In this document: piece after piece, positions 41,696-51,816 of the stretch
Numbering within the stretch: position 1 is the stretch's first letter
How the letters are laid out: every line of letters begins with the position of its first letter
Origin: an uncultured delta proteobacterium
GTDB taxonomy: Bacteria > Desulfobacterota > Binatia > UBA9968
DNA length: 64,000 bases
Assembly (NCBI GenBank): GCA_963745835.1
Contig: CAVUZH010000016.1
Span: 352,001-416,000, forward strand
Direction of reading: 5' to 3'
The notes under the pieces: model-generated
Databases searched by the model: none
The model's input: only the letters and a program-made list of their open reading frames with translations
Told to the model about the DNA's origin: nothing
Program-made: the position numbers and the translations under genes

Positions 41696-42346
41696 TCACA
41701 CGCCTTTTTCTACCATCGTCTTTGGCGCATCCGATTTTGCCGCAGCGGCCTGTCCGCGTGCGAAGCCCGCGACTGTGATACTAACCCGTAGATTTTGTGC
41801 CGTTGGCTGCGCTCCTTGTTGTTGCGGCAATCCAATAGGACGAAACAATGAACGGACATTGATTTCATCTATGACCAGAAGCTTGGGCGAAGTCTCAATG
41901 CCGCGAACAAGAGAAGCAACCTGCTCGACCTGCCCGCCGACTTCCATTTGAATCGCGATCTTGGAAAAAGCTCCCGTAGCTTCCGGATTGAGCACCCGTG
42001 TGGTAATCACCTGAGTACCTTCCTTGGCCGCTAGTCCTTGCACGGTTTCTTGCAAATCCGAGGCATTCACCGATGGTGTATCGCCCGTCAACAGCTTGGC
42101 CTCATGGGCCTTCACGTCGTTTCGTGCCGCTTCTAATGCAGCACTCAATTGTTCCTTTTGTCCAATATACCGCAAGTTTTTTTCCAGAAGCTGCGGCTGT
42201 ATTTCCAGCTGGGTTTGTACCCACTCACGATGAGCCATGTAGGGACTGACCACCGAAATACGCCCGAGCACGAGTAATAGGATCAGCAAGGTGGTTACAA
42301 CCAAGCCACGTTCCCGTTTCGATAATCTTGCCCAAAGCTGTCTCAT
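41696..42346 (-). CDS. gspM: T2SS GspM-like protein
   Basis: LSKRERGL plus TM, coiled coil and ferredoxin-like C-terminus; operon position. Confidence 0.75.
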   Translation of the reverse strand: MRQLWARLSKRERGLVVTTLLILLLVLGRISVVSPYMAHREWVQTQLEIQPQLLEKNLRYIGQKEQLSAALEAARNDVKAHEAKLLTGDTPSVNASDLQETVQGLAAKEGTQVITTRVLNPEATGAFSKIAIQMEVGGQVEQVASLVRGIETSPKLLVIDEINVRSLFRPIGLPQQQGAQPTAQNLRVSITVAGFARGQAAAAKSDAPKTMVEKGV

Positions 42347-43890
42347 AGCTTACCAGCCTTCTCTTTAGACTTATCGACGGGGGCCAATTTTCCGCTGTTA
42401 GGTTGTTTCTCCAACTCGGCTTTCAGCGAAAATGTTTCCCGATTGTCACGGCCGCGGTTTGAAGGGGCATTGAATGCAACATTCTCAAAAAGCGGCGACT
42501 TCTCTAATAGCGGAATCAATGTAGACGCATTCTCGGCATTGCCCTGGACTTCCAAGACGCCATTGCGGTAGCGGAAATTAGACAAATAAGCGCCGGTCGG
42601 TACCACCTTCGAAAGTTCATCAAGCACGCGCAGCACCTCGCCCTTACGTCGATCGATATCCGATAAAAATTGTACTTCCTTGCGCACCGTCTGTAGCTGG
42701 GCCTCCTCACGACGCAAAGCCTCCACAGAAGGTTCGGTTTTGTGATTCTCCTGCTGCAGTTGCTTTAGTCGTAATTCGTCCTTGATCGGGTAGCTAATTC
42801 CCCAGCCCAGAAGCAAGAGAACCAGCAAGCCGATCATCAATGAATTCATTCGCGAGAGATTGTTTCGTGCGCCGCGATCCGCCCCAGCTGGCCGAAGAAC
42901 GTTGGTCTCCAAGCGCGCTTCTCGAACGCCGCGCAGCGCCGCGCCAACGGCCGGCAAGGTCGCAGCGGATAACTGGTCTCTACCGCCAATTTTGTCGATT
43001 GCCAGAGTACAAAGATCCTCGCACTCAACCTTTTCCCCATTCGCAGAATGAAAGACGTGCTCCGCGTTTCCCCACCCGTAGAGTTTTGGGGTTTGACGTA
43101 AACATTCGGCAATGAGTTCCTTGCCGACGCCTTCGGCCCACTCAGCGTCGGGCAATCTGTGTGAGAAGAGCAGTTCCGGAGCTTGCGTCCAACCGGCGGG
43201 GCTAGCCCGAACTCCGATTAGTTCGCGATCATCGGCGTGGCCGCCAATGATCGCCGCGCAACCGGCCAAGTCTCTTTTGCAAAAAAGCAGATAATTCGCG
43301 AGAGCCGTCGCGGTCGTTTCAACTCCGCTCGGAAGGATACCAAACGATCCCAAGACGTCTAATACGCCGGCCAGATGTTTCTTGGGAATGGCGAACAGAT
43401 AAACGCCGATCTTATCGCCGCGTTTTCCCATGGGCAGGTAATCGTAAAAAATATCATCGCGATTGAAAGGTAATTGCCGTTCGATTTCGTATTCCAGCAC
43501 CTGTTGAAGATTAGCCTCGGCCGCTTGCGGCAGATAGATAGTTTGAACTATCGCCTGATCTTGTGGGACACAGATATAGAGCGAATCCCTACCGGCGCTG
43601 AAATGGGGCAAGAGCGAGAGAATCGCCTGACGCAACGCGCGCTCACGCGAATCATGTTCGGCTTTCAGCGCGATCTCACGCACGTCTTCAGCAATCCATC
43701 CGGTTAACTCCGAAATGGCTTGGCGGTTTTCACCGACTGGTAGATCTCTCAGCTCCTGTTCAAGCAGCGTGACGCTAAGAAAATTCTTGCGCAGCCGAAC
43801 CAACACCAGATTGTCGCGCATGATGTAAATTCCGACACTTCTGAGAAAGTCGGCGCGCGGAAGATTTCTAATAGAATTAGACAAGTTCAT
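42343..43890 (-). CDS. gspL: T2SS GspL-like protein (PilM-like plus PilN-like domains)
   Basis: LPQAAEANLQQVLEYEIERQLPF, TM, LDELSKVVP, LEKSPLFENV. Confidence 0.78.
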   Translation of the reverse strand: MNLSNSIRNLPRADFLRSVGIYIMRDNLVLVRLRKNFLSVTLLEQELRDLPVGENRQAISELTGWIAEDVREIALKAEHDSRERALRQAILSLLPHFSAGRDSLYICVPQDQAIVQTIYLPQAAEANLQQVLEYEIERQLPFNRDDIFYDYLPMGKRGDKIGVYLFAIPKKHLAGVLDVLGSFGILPSGVETTATALANYLLFCKRDLAGCAAIIGGHADDRELIGVRASPAGWTQAPELLFSHRLPDAEWAEGVGKELIAECLRQTPKLYGWGNAEHVFHSANGEKVECEDLCTLAIDKIGGRDQLSAATLPAVGAALRGVREARLETNVLRPAGADRGARNNLSRMNSLMIGLLVLLLLGWGISYPIKDELRLKQLQQENHKTEPSVEALRREEAQLQTVRKEVQFLSDIDRRKGEVLRVLDELSKVVPTGAYLSNFRYRNGVLEVQGNAENASTLIPLLEKSPLFENVAFNAPSNRGRDNRETFSLKAELEKQPNSGKLAPVDKSKEKAGKL

Positions 43891-43956
43891 GGTTTAACTT
43901 TTGGAAATTGCAGCTGAAAACTTTGCCATTTAGAGACAAAAGTTGCCTATCATACC

Positions 43957-44983
43957 TCATTGTCTCTCACTGGGATAGCCAATTTCTCGGTCCACCCAGC
44001 GGGTCAACTCGTAGCCGCGGTTGCCGCCGCCGGCGCGGATAACTCCTTTAACGCGTCGCGGCTGGCGGGACTCACTCGCATAACCTTCAGCCTCAACGGT
44101 CACGATTGCTGGGGTTAGCGAAGATAAACATCTGTAGCGCCGCATCACCTGATCCGACCCCAAGGAGCGGCAGCAGATCCGCGAGCGTCTTATCTCCAAT
44201 CTTGGCTCTTTCCTCAACGAATGCCTGACACTTCTCCAAAGGTATACCGAGCAAAACATGAATAACCGCCGCCGAGGCAGTCCGCAGATTGACGCGGTCA
44301 ATCGGACTGTCTACGCTAAAGATCTCTCGTAGACCGACGCGCGGGGAATCACCAGCCGGAGTTCCGCTGCTATCATAACCATAGTAAAGACTCGCGGTCA
44401 CACCTTTGACCCACAGCAGCTCTTCGAGGCTGTCGAAGGAGCCGTTCTTAGCGGTGTAGGGAAGACTAAGAGAAAGGTAATAGTCGTCTTCCGCACCGTT
44501 ACTCCGATGAAGATCATCCTGATCACGCCAATCCATGATCGAATCGATTAAGACTCCGATGAGAGGTTCTTCGACCCCGAGATTGGAAAAAATGCGGCGC
44601 AGCACATTCTCGTCTGCTCGATTGAGATTTATTTTGCTGCTCTCGTCCACCAGCCGGAGGCGGTAAGTACCGCTGCCGAGAGTCGCCTCGCGCCAGCCGG
44701 CATCGAAGATATCTTTTGGCTTGCCGACGGGCTGTAACTCAGGTCCCCGTGATTGACTTAGAAAGTCGTATAGGCCCTGTTCAAAGCCTGCCAGCGCCAG
44801 ATAGTAGCCTTGATTGTCGTCGCTGTAACGATGGGCTGCGGTGGCCTCCTCGCGCACACCGGTGCTGAAATCAAAGGCCACGACAAAAAGAAAGATAAAT
44901 ATCCATAGAACGATAAGAAGCGCGACGCCACGCTCGCTTGAGACGCCGGCTAATTTTGTTTTCAGAAACTCCACAATCTTCAC
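43957..44983 (-). CDS. gspK: Minor pseudopilin GspK, frameshift near 44107
   Basis: RGVALLIVLW, DESSKINLN, DWRDQDD, GAEDDYY, ELLWVKG. Confidence 0.88.
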
Positions 44984-45618
44984 TGCGCCAAAACACTAAT
45001 CATCAGCGGAAACACCCAGCGAATTTCCTTGCCATCATGATTACGATAGCTGACGCGAACGGCGCGCGGAAGCGCCAGCTTTTCTCTACCGTCCCAGCGT
45101 TCCTCCCATCGCTCGTCTTCACTCTTTGGGTCCAAATAGGCGAACCGAAAATCTTTCACTCGCTCTCGTATAATGACATCGTTTCGCAGACCGCCGGGAT
45201 CACGATCTTCGCTCAAGTTAAACCGCACCGGCACCTCTTCTTCGAGCTGAATCGCCCCCTCGCCCTCTTCAGCAGGCTCCCAGGCAACGCGAATCTTTGA
45301 CATCCCTCGACCACCCATAGCTAGAGAGATTGACGACACAAACGTTAGTTGGTCTTCCTGTCCATCAAAAAACACCGTCGTATCCTGAACAGATTGTCGA
45401 TACGGATACGCGGATCGGACATAGCTGCCTAACAAATCCGTAAACGATCGCAGTTTTTGATTATCTTCGAAGCTAGCCTGCGACTTTACAACAGCGCTAT
45501 GACTTAGCGAGAAAGCGCCATACAAGACAGCTCCTATGAGAGCAAAAATACTTAACGCGAGAACGACTTCAATTAACGTAAAGCCGAGCGAATTTTGGGG
45601 ACATCGCGATGTTTTCAT
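44980..45618 (-). CDS. gspJ: Minor pseudopilin GspJ
   Basis: GFTLIEVVLAL prepilin motif, LPRAVRV. Confidence 0.82.
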   Translation of the reverse strand: MKTSRCPQNSLGFTLIEVVLALSIFALIGAVLYGAFSLSHSAVVKSQASFEDNQKLRSFTDLLGSYVRSAYPYRQSVQDTTVFFDGQEDQLTFVSSISLAMGGRGMSKIRVAWEPAEEGEGAIQLEEEVPVRFNLSEDRDPGGLRNDVIIRERVKDFRFAYLDPKSEDERWEERWDGREKLALPRAVRVSYRNHDGKEIRWVFPLMISVLAQ

Positions 45619-46031
45619 CAGCGATCTCCCTTCTTCACCAGACGCAGGGTTCTAAGCTCGACGCGCCTTTCGCGACCTGTTTCTGGTACAAACATCTCAA
45701 GGGTTATTTCTTTCAGCTCCCAATCGTTGCCCAACACCAGCGCGTCAATGGGTCTGACAGGCTGGACCTGAAGCTGCCACCGGTGGGAGTCGCCAATCGT
45801 GCCCTGTTCGGTACCTTCCGCAAGCGTGCGCCGCGCCAGGAACTGATCCATCACATGACGGGCATAAGCAACGGTTTGAGTTCTATCTCGACTTCGGGCA
45901 CCGAGTTGCAAACCCGAGGAGAAGATTTCCAGCAGGGTTACCACGCCAAGCCCAACGATGGCCATGGCTACCACGACCTCGAGCAGAGTGAAGCCTCGGC
46001 CTGAACCCAAGCATGATTTGATACGCGTCAC
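45618..46031 (-). CDS. gspI: Minor pseudopilin GspI (read in frame with gspH in this sequence)
   Basis: GRGFTLLEVVVAMAIV, VELRTLR. Confidence 0.75.
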   Translation of the reverse strand: MTRIKSCLGSGRGFTLLEVVVAMAIVGLGVVTLLEIFSSGLQLGARSRDRTQTVAYARHVMDQFLARRTLAEGTEQGTIGDSHRWQLQVQPVRPIDALVLGNDWELKEITLEMFVPETGRERRVELRTLRLVKKGDR

Positions 46032-46493
46032 GAAGCTATCGCCCCGCATCACGTCGACAGTACCGGTGAGCGGGTGAAGTCGGATCGAGTAAAACGTTGA
46101 ATCAGCACCGCTAGTAAGATCAATTCGGCCGCCCAACGTGCTGCCATTAGGAAAGAACAAAAATTGACGACTTCCACCGTCCAAAACTTCAGCGCCGGCA
46201 ACTAAGGCGATCTTTACGTTGGAAGGAAAATGGATTTCATTGCGCGCGACCCGATAAGTGCTCTCTGACATATTGAGAACCAATCGCTGCGGCACCCCTT
46301 TATGAAGCGCTTGGCTGCGCAAATCGCGGGCAGCCGCGGCCAAAGCAAGCGCCGACCGCCGCAAATCCCGGTCTCGCAATCCTTTCTCAACGTTTGGCAG
46401 GACGATTAGCCCGCTCAGACCGAGAACCATCAGAACTAGAACCAGCTCGAGCAAAGAAAAGCCGCGACTATTTTTCCCAACTGGTAATGTCAC
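46032..46493 (-). CDS. gspH: Minor pseudopilin GspH
   Basis: SRGFSLLELVLVL, FFPNGSTLGG, HPLTG; start and stop boundaries approximate. Confidence 0.75.
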
Positions 46494-46905
46494 GATTATC
46501 GCCATCACCCCCGGGTGTACCATCAGCGCCGTAGGACACAATGTCGAAAGGGCCGTGCTCTCCAGGACTTCTGTAAGCGTACGGCTTACTCCACGGATCC
46601 AACGGCAGATCCTTTCTCAGATACGGACCATCCCAACGCTCCAATCCTCCGGGTTTTTGTCGGAGCGCCTGCAGGCCTTCATCGGTGGTCGGATAGCGTC
46701 CAACATCCAAACGAAAGGTATCGAGGGCAGTCCCAAAAAGCTCGATTTGCGCCTTGGTCGTCCTGAGCTTTGCCTTCTCTTCTTGACGGATGAACTGCGG
46801 CAGCACGAGCCCGGCAAGCAAACCGATGATAATCACGACGACGATCAGTTCGACGAGGGTGAACCCTCTGGCATCGTTAAGATATTTCTTAGAATGGTAA
46901 ATCAT
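46468..46905 (-). CDS. gspG: Major pseudopilin GspG
   Basis: GFTLVEL, LDVGRYPTTDEGL, WDGPYL, DPWSKPY, SYGADG. Confidence 0.95.
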   Translation of the reverse strand: MIYHSKKYLNDARGFTLVELIVVVIIIGLLAGLVLPQFIRQEEKAKLRTTKAQIELFGTALDTFRLDVGRYPTTDEGLQALRQKPGGLERWDGPYLRKDLPLDPWSKPYAYRSPGEHGPFDIVSYGADGTPGGDGDNRDITSWEK

Positions 46906-48112
46906 TGATACTAAAGATTGCCAGCAGCATGGAGATCACGACGACACCTATCACCAATCCCATCCCCAAAATCAATACCGGCTCGATAATGGACGTCAAT
47001 CTTTTTGTCGTTCGCTTTACCTCTTGATCATAGAAACCCGCCACTTCCCCGAGCATCGTTTCCAGTTTGCCAGTCTCTTCGCCCACAGCGATCATGTTAA
47101 GCGCCAGCGGTGGGAAAAAACCGCTTTCTGCCAAAGGCCGCGCCATGCCCTTTCCTTCCCGAACTCGGATCTGGACTTGGTTGATAGCCCGTGCCATCAA
47201 TCTATTACCCATAACACCCTGAACCGTGCCCAGTGCTTCGAGAAGCGGCACGCCGCCTTTTAGCAGGGCCGATAGAGTGCGGGAGAACCTAGCCGTCTCA
47301 AACTTCCGAACCAGATCGCCGACTAACCAGACGCGCAAAGAAACACGGTCCAACTCCGTTTTCGCTTCGGGGTTGCGCAAATAAAATACTGCCGCGGCAA
47401 CAGCGGCAATCGCCGCGATAGCGATTAGCCAACCATACTCGGTCAATAAAGTGCTCAGGCCAATGATGACTCGCGTAATCCAAGGAACCGCCTGGCCTAC
47501 ATCTTTAAAGATCACAGCAAAGCGCGGGATCACGTAAAGGAATAGCACTATCAACGAAACTCCGGCCGCGCTCGCGAGAATCACAGGGTAAATCAGCGCC
47601 GACTTGAGATCTTCCCTGAGCGCCAGCGAACGCTCCATGTACTCAGCTAAATAACGCAGGACTCCTTCGAGGATGCCCCCGGATTCCCCGGCTCGAATCA
47701 TATTTATGTAGATTTTTGGGAAGACATCCGAATGCTCTCCCATGGAAGCAGCCAGCGATTTTCCGGCGCGCACGGCCTCAAGGAGCGTGCGCATGACTTT
47801 GCTAAACTCTTCTCCTTCTATCAGGTTCCCGAGAATTGACAGGCTGCGGTCGAGCGGCAAGCCGGCAGCAAGCAATGTTCCCAGCTCCTGGGTGAATTGA
47901 AGCAATTGTTGTTGGCTGATTTTGCGCTTCGAAAACAGCGGCAAGCGCGCCTGTGAAGCCATCGCTCCACTCTCGGCGGAAGCACCGATGCGCAGCGGAA
48001 TGCAGCCCATCTCGTGGAGGCGCAAGACAACTCCCTGCTCGGCCTCAGCCTCCATGATACCCTCGACGATCTTGCCTGCGTGATCCGCGGCCCGATATTG
48101 GTAGAACGCCAT
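46889..48112 (-). CDS. gspF: T2SS inner membrane protein GspF
   Basis: LLAAGLPL, AGESGG, ALIYP, VGEETGKL, IIEP. Confidence 0.93.
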   Translation of the reverse strand: MAFYQYRAADHAGKIVEGIMEAEAEQGVVLRLHEMGCIPLRIGASAESGAMASQARLPLFSKRKISQQQLLQFTQELGTLLAAGLPLDRSLSILGNLIEGEEFSKVMRTLLEAVRAGKSLAASMGEHSDVFPKIYINMIRAGESGGILEGVLRYLAEYMERSLALREDLKSALIYPVILASAAGVSLIVLFLYVIPRFAVIFKDVGQAVPWITRVIIGLSTLLTEYGWLIAIAAIAAVAAAVFYLRNPEAKTELDRVSLRVWLVGDLVRKFETARFSRTLSALLKGGVPLLEALGTVQGVMGNRLMARAINQVQIRVREGKGMARPLAESGFFPPLALNMIAVGEETGKLETMLGEVAGFYDQEVKRTTKRLTSIIEPVLILGMGLVIGVVVISMLLAIFSINDLPF

Positions 48113-48164
48113 CTAATCTCAGACACTCTTGCGAAAGCCGACAGACACCTGACGAGTGAATCCG

Positions 48165-49865
48165 TTACGCCTCTTCCCTTGTCACTCTGAGCACTTCCGC
48201 AACTGTGGTGACGCCGTGACGCACCTTATCCCAGCCGTCATCTCTCAGCAGGCGCATTCCCTGTTGGACGGCAAGACTGCGAATCGTTCCGGCATCGGCG
48301 CGTTGAACGATGATTTTGCAGATCTCAGAAGTCACTGGCAGTAATTCAAATATTCCGACTCGGCCTAGATAACCGGTGCCGCTGCATGTGTTGCAACCAA
48401 CGGCTTCCCAAACCTGCTCCGGCAAATTTCCGCTGGGCAGACCAAGTTCCGGCTCATTGCTATCAAAGTTCGAGAATGAAACCTCTTTGCGGCACGTCTT
48501 ACATAGGCGACGCACCAATCTTTGCGCCAGTACACCTAGCAGAGAGGATGATAATAAGTAGTCTTGAACACCCATCTCCAGTAGCCTGGAAATTGCTCCG
48601 GCAGCATCGTTGGTGTGCAATGTCGAAAAGACTAAGTGGCCTGTTAGGGCCGCTTGCACCGCGATTTCCGCCGTCTCGGCATCGCGAATCTCACCGACCA
48701 TGATAACGTCTGGATCTTGTCGCACAATCGAACGAAGCCCATTGGCGAATGTCAACCCGATTTGCGGCTTGACCTGTATCTGATTGACTCCACTCAGTTG
48801 ATATTCAACGGGATCTTCGATGGTGATAATCTTCTTTCCCGGATCATTGATCTTCTGCAACGCGCCGTATAATGTCGTCGTTTTGCCGCTTCCCGTTGGT
48901 CCGGTGACGAGTATCATGCCATGCGGCTTAAGAATCATGCCGTTGAAATAGTTTAAGATATCCGAGGGAAATCCGATGGTCTCGAGCTGTGTAAAAATTT
49001 GTCCGCGCTCGAGAAGCCGGATCACCACGCTCTCGCCGTAAAGCGTCGGAACTGTAGCGATACGCAAATCAACGTCTTTTCCCGCTAATCTGATCTTGAT
49101 CCGGCCATCCTGCGGCAAGCGCCGTTCCGCAATATTGAGCTGAGCGAGGATCTTAAGACGGGAGACAACCGCAGCTTTAAGCTGCCGCGGCGGCGGCTCG
49201 ACTTCGTGCAAAATACCGTCTATTCGGTAACGAACTTTTAGCTGGTTTTCAAATGGCTCGATATGAACGTCCGATGCACGGCTCTCTAATGCGCGCACGA
49301 GCATTTGATTAACCAAACGGATCACCGGCACTTCTGATGCCATGTCGCGCAAATGAGCAACGTCCTCTTCGTCAACCGCGCCCTCGATTTCGCGGCCAAC
49401 GGCGCCTTGAGTGTTATCGGAGGTAGTAGTGCTGCCGAATAAGGCCTCGATACGGGCGGAGATTTCCTTTTCCTTTGCCAAAACTGGCGTCACTCGCAAT
49501 CCTGACGCGACTTCCAGAGCATGCAGCCGCGCTATATCCAACGGGTCGCTGGTGGCGACGATCAGATCGCGTCCTTCTACTTTCACCGGAACCATTCGCG
49601 CGGTTTTTAGGAATTCGCCCAAATTCGCGGAAAATTCGATTGGCAGCGGTACGGCTGGAATTTCGCGGAGAGCCACCAAGGGGATGTTGAAGTGATCGCG
49701 GAGCACAGGCAGAAGATCGTCCTCCGAAACAAATCCGAGCTCAACCATGAGACGCGTCAAAGAAGCTGGTTGTTCGTGTTGTAATTTCACAACGCGCTCC
49801 AACTCATCGTCAGAAAGCATTCGTCGTTCGACTAAACGTTCGGCAAGATTTAGGTAAGATTCCAT
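48165..49865 (-). CDS. gspE: T2SS ATPase GspE
   Basis: ASDVHIEP, RLPQDGR, GPTGSGKTTT, RQDPDVIMVGEIRD, TGHLVFSTLHTN, tetra-Cys motif. Confidence 0.95.
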   Translation of the reverse strand: MESYLNLAERLVERRMLSDDELERVVKLQHEQPASLTRLMVELGFVSEDDLLPVLRDHFNIPLVALREIPAVPLPIEFSANLGEFLKTARMVPVKVEGRDLIVATSDPLDIARLHALEVASGLRVTPVLAKEKEISARIEALFGSTTTSDNTQGAVGREIEGAVDEEDVAHLRDMASEVPVIRLVNQMLVRALESRASDVHIEPFENQLKVRYRIDGILHEVEPPPRQLKAAVVSRLKILAQLNIAERRLPQDGRIKIRLAGKDVDLRIATVPTLYGESVVIRLLERGQIFTQLETIGFPSDILNYFNGMILKPHGMILVTGPTGSGKTTTLYGALQKINDPGKKIITIEDPVEYQLSGVNQIQVKPQIGLTFANGLRSIVRQDPDVIMVGEIRDAETAEIAVQAALTGHLVFSTLHTNDAAGAISRLLEMGVQDYLLSSSLLGVLAQRLVRRLCKTCRKEVSFSNFDSNEPELGLPSGNLPEQVWEAVGCNTCSGTGYLGRVGIFELLPVTSEICKIIVQRADAGTIRSLAVQQGMRLLRDDGWDKVRHGVTTVAEVLRVTREEA

Positions 49866-49889
49866 AAGCGAGTAACCTAGCGATTCGTT

Positions 49890-50255
49890 TTAGGTACCGG
49901 CGCGGCCATAGCGGTCTTCCAAACGAATTACATCGTCCAGTTCGGGCGTGGAGACTTCCAGTACATCGCATTCCTCCACCGCAGTCATGCGATGCTTCAT
50001 GCCAGGAGTTATATGGAGGCAATCGCCAGGGAAGAACCTCACAGTCGTTCTTCCGTTGTCGGTCTCCAGATCCATTTCGAGAACTCCGGTCAGCAAATAA
50101 ACGGTCTCGTCCTTAATACGATGATATTGGTAGCTCAGTGACTCCCCTTTATTGATATGGAGAATTTTCCCGACGTAACGCTCCGTGTGGGCCCATATGA
50201 GCTCGTGCCCCCAGGGTTTGTCGATTATTCTGCCTTTGTAGGTGACGGGCTGCAT
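49890..50255 (-). CDS. Cupin (mannose-6-phosphate isomerase type II C-terminal-like)
   Basis: KPWGHE, LSYQYH..KDET, HRM, EVSTPELDDVIRLEDRYGR. Confidence 0.85.
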   Translation of the reverse strand: MQPVTYKGRIIDKPWGHELIWAHTERYVGKILHINKGESLSYQYHRIKDETVYLLTGVLEMDLETDNGRTTVRFFPGDCLHITPGMKHRMTAVEECDVLEVSTPELDDVIRLEDRYGRAGT

Positions 50256-50449
50256 CTTCAGGGCGTCACTATAACAGATTCCCAACCGAGCGAAAACGTT
50301 TTGCGATTGAGGCTTTGATGGAACTTTTCTCACCGCCCAGTATACGAGCGTTACCCTATTCTCAAGATGTCGGAACCCAGTGGATGGATTGATCCGCAGC
50401 TATTTGCCGCATTGACATACTAGAGGCTTAGACCCCGGAGAGCCAGGAC

Positions 50450-51385
50450 TCACCGGGCTGCCGATCGGGTGGAGCGGATGTATTCCCAGTGATAGCGAAG
50501 ACTCCACTTTCTAAGGAGCATGGCCTGCTTATAAGCCGCCCTAGCCTTGGTTAACTCACCATTTCTTTCGTAGTATAAACCAAGCCGCAAGTATTTTCTT
50601 CCTAATTTTTTATTGAAAGCGCCCCTGCCAATGCGGCTATAGACATCCGGATAGTGATCGCGGATATGCTCGAGCTCGCGCACGCCAAACTCATAATGAG
50701 GGTTTACAGCTGTATTATTCAACGGATGGATTCGCTTCCTCACCCCGATGTAGTCGACATAGCGAACCGGGAAATAGGCAGTGACCCGATAAAACCAATG
50801 CAGATCACAATTAAGATAGATGTCTTTGTCATAACCTCCTACTGATTCGAAGACGGTCTTGGTTATCAGTGAAGAGGGCCCCGTCATAAAATTATCCTTA
50901 AGGATGTCGTGAACCGAAAGCCGCATCGATGTGAGCTTCTTACCGCGACCGTTTTTGACCATCGGGCCCAAAGTCAACTTCGGCTTCTCCTTGCCGAGAT
51001 TGGCAGGCTGATCGCTGAAGTATTCCGTATTGTCGAACGCTCCGCCAAGTGTTGCATCTTCTTCAAGAGCTTTCACCAGGACTTTTACGTGATCAACTTC
51101 ATAAATGTCGTCACTGTTCCAGGTACCTAAGTACTTTCCATGACACTGTTTCATGACCTCATTACTCGCCTGGAGGAACGGCAGAGCGCCCTGAGAAGCC
51201 AAAATACATCGAGGATCTTCCCTGAATTGCGCGAGAGCTTGCTCCAATTCTCTAGAACCATCCCCGAGCACAAAAACCTCCAGTGAACCATAGGACTGCT
51301 TCAGAATAGATCCTAGTGAGCTCGGGATGAACTTAGCGTAAGGGGCATGAGCAAAGAGAATGATGGAAACCAGCGGTGTGTCCAT
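50450..51385 (-). CDS. Family 2 glycosyltransferase with TPR-like C-terminus
   Basis: PLVSII, SILKQSY, NSDD, VGGYD; helical C-terminal tail. Confidence 0.8.
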   Translation of the reverse strand: MDTPLVSIILFAHAPYAKFIPSSLGSILKQSYGSLEVFVLGDGSRELEQALAQFREDPRCILASQGALPFLQASNEVMKQCHGKYLGTWNSDDIYEVDHVKVLVKALEEDATLGGAFDNTEYFSDQPANLGKEKPKLTLGPMVKNGRGKKLTSMRLSVHDILKDNFMTGPSSLITKTVFESVGGYDKDIYLNCDLHWFYRVTAYFPVRYVDYIGVRKRIHPLNNTAVNPHYEFGVRELEHIRDHYPDVYSRIGRGAFNKKLGRKYLRLGLYYERNGELTKARAAYKQAMLLRKWSLRYHWEYIRSTRSAAR

Positions 51386-51816
51386 AGATAGACTGAGAAT
51401 AGAGTTAACAGATGATAGCAGGTATCTGCAAAAACTTCTCAAAAGTCAACAAACCTCGACCCATTCTAAGCGACAAATCAGCAGTGAGATCAACGATGCC
51501 CAACTGCCGCCAGCACTAAAATCCTCCGCTTAATTCTTCCCGATCAACGATCAAACAGCGTCGATCCGCATAACTGTATCGTGTTCGCATCAGGGCCTTC
51601 TATTCAGATTCTCGATGTGGTGCATGCTCGTTCTTTGATGCTCGTTTTTTCACGCCACGAGCCTCCGGCCTCAAGCACAAGAATGTACATTGCCAGTTCG
51701 GAGCAATCTTGTAAGGCAATGTCCAATTACGCCAATTTCTGTACAAGCCATGCAACGGCCGCATGGCATTCGGCATGCGTAGGTCCGGGTGCAGTGAGGC
51801 TCCATACATGAGGCAA

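Noticed and set aside
45618-46541. Apparent GspH-GspI fusion ORF
   Set aside because: Two separate prepilin motifs; one extra G in the GGGG run near 46045 would restore a TAG stop, so a homopolymer error is likely
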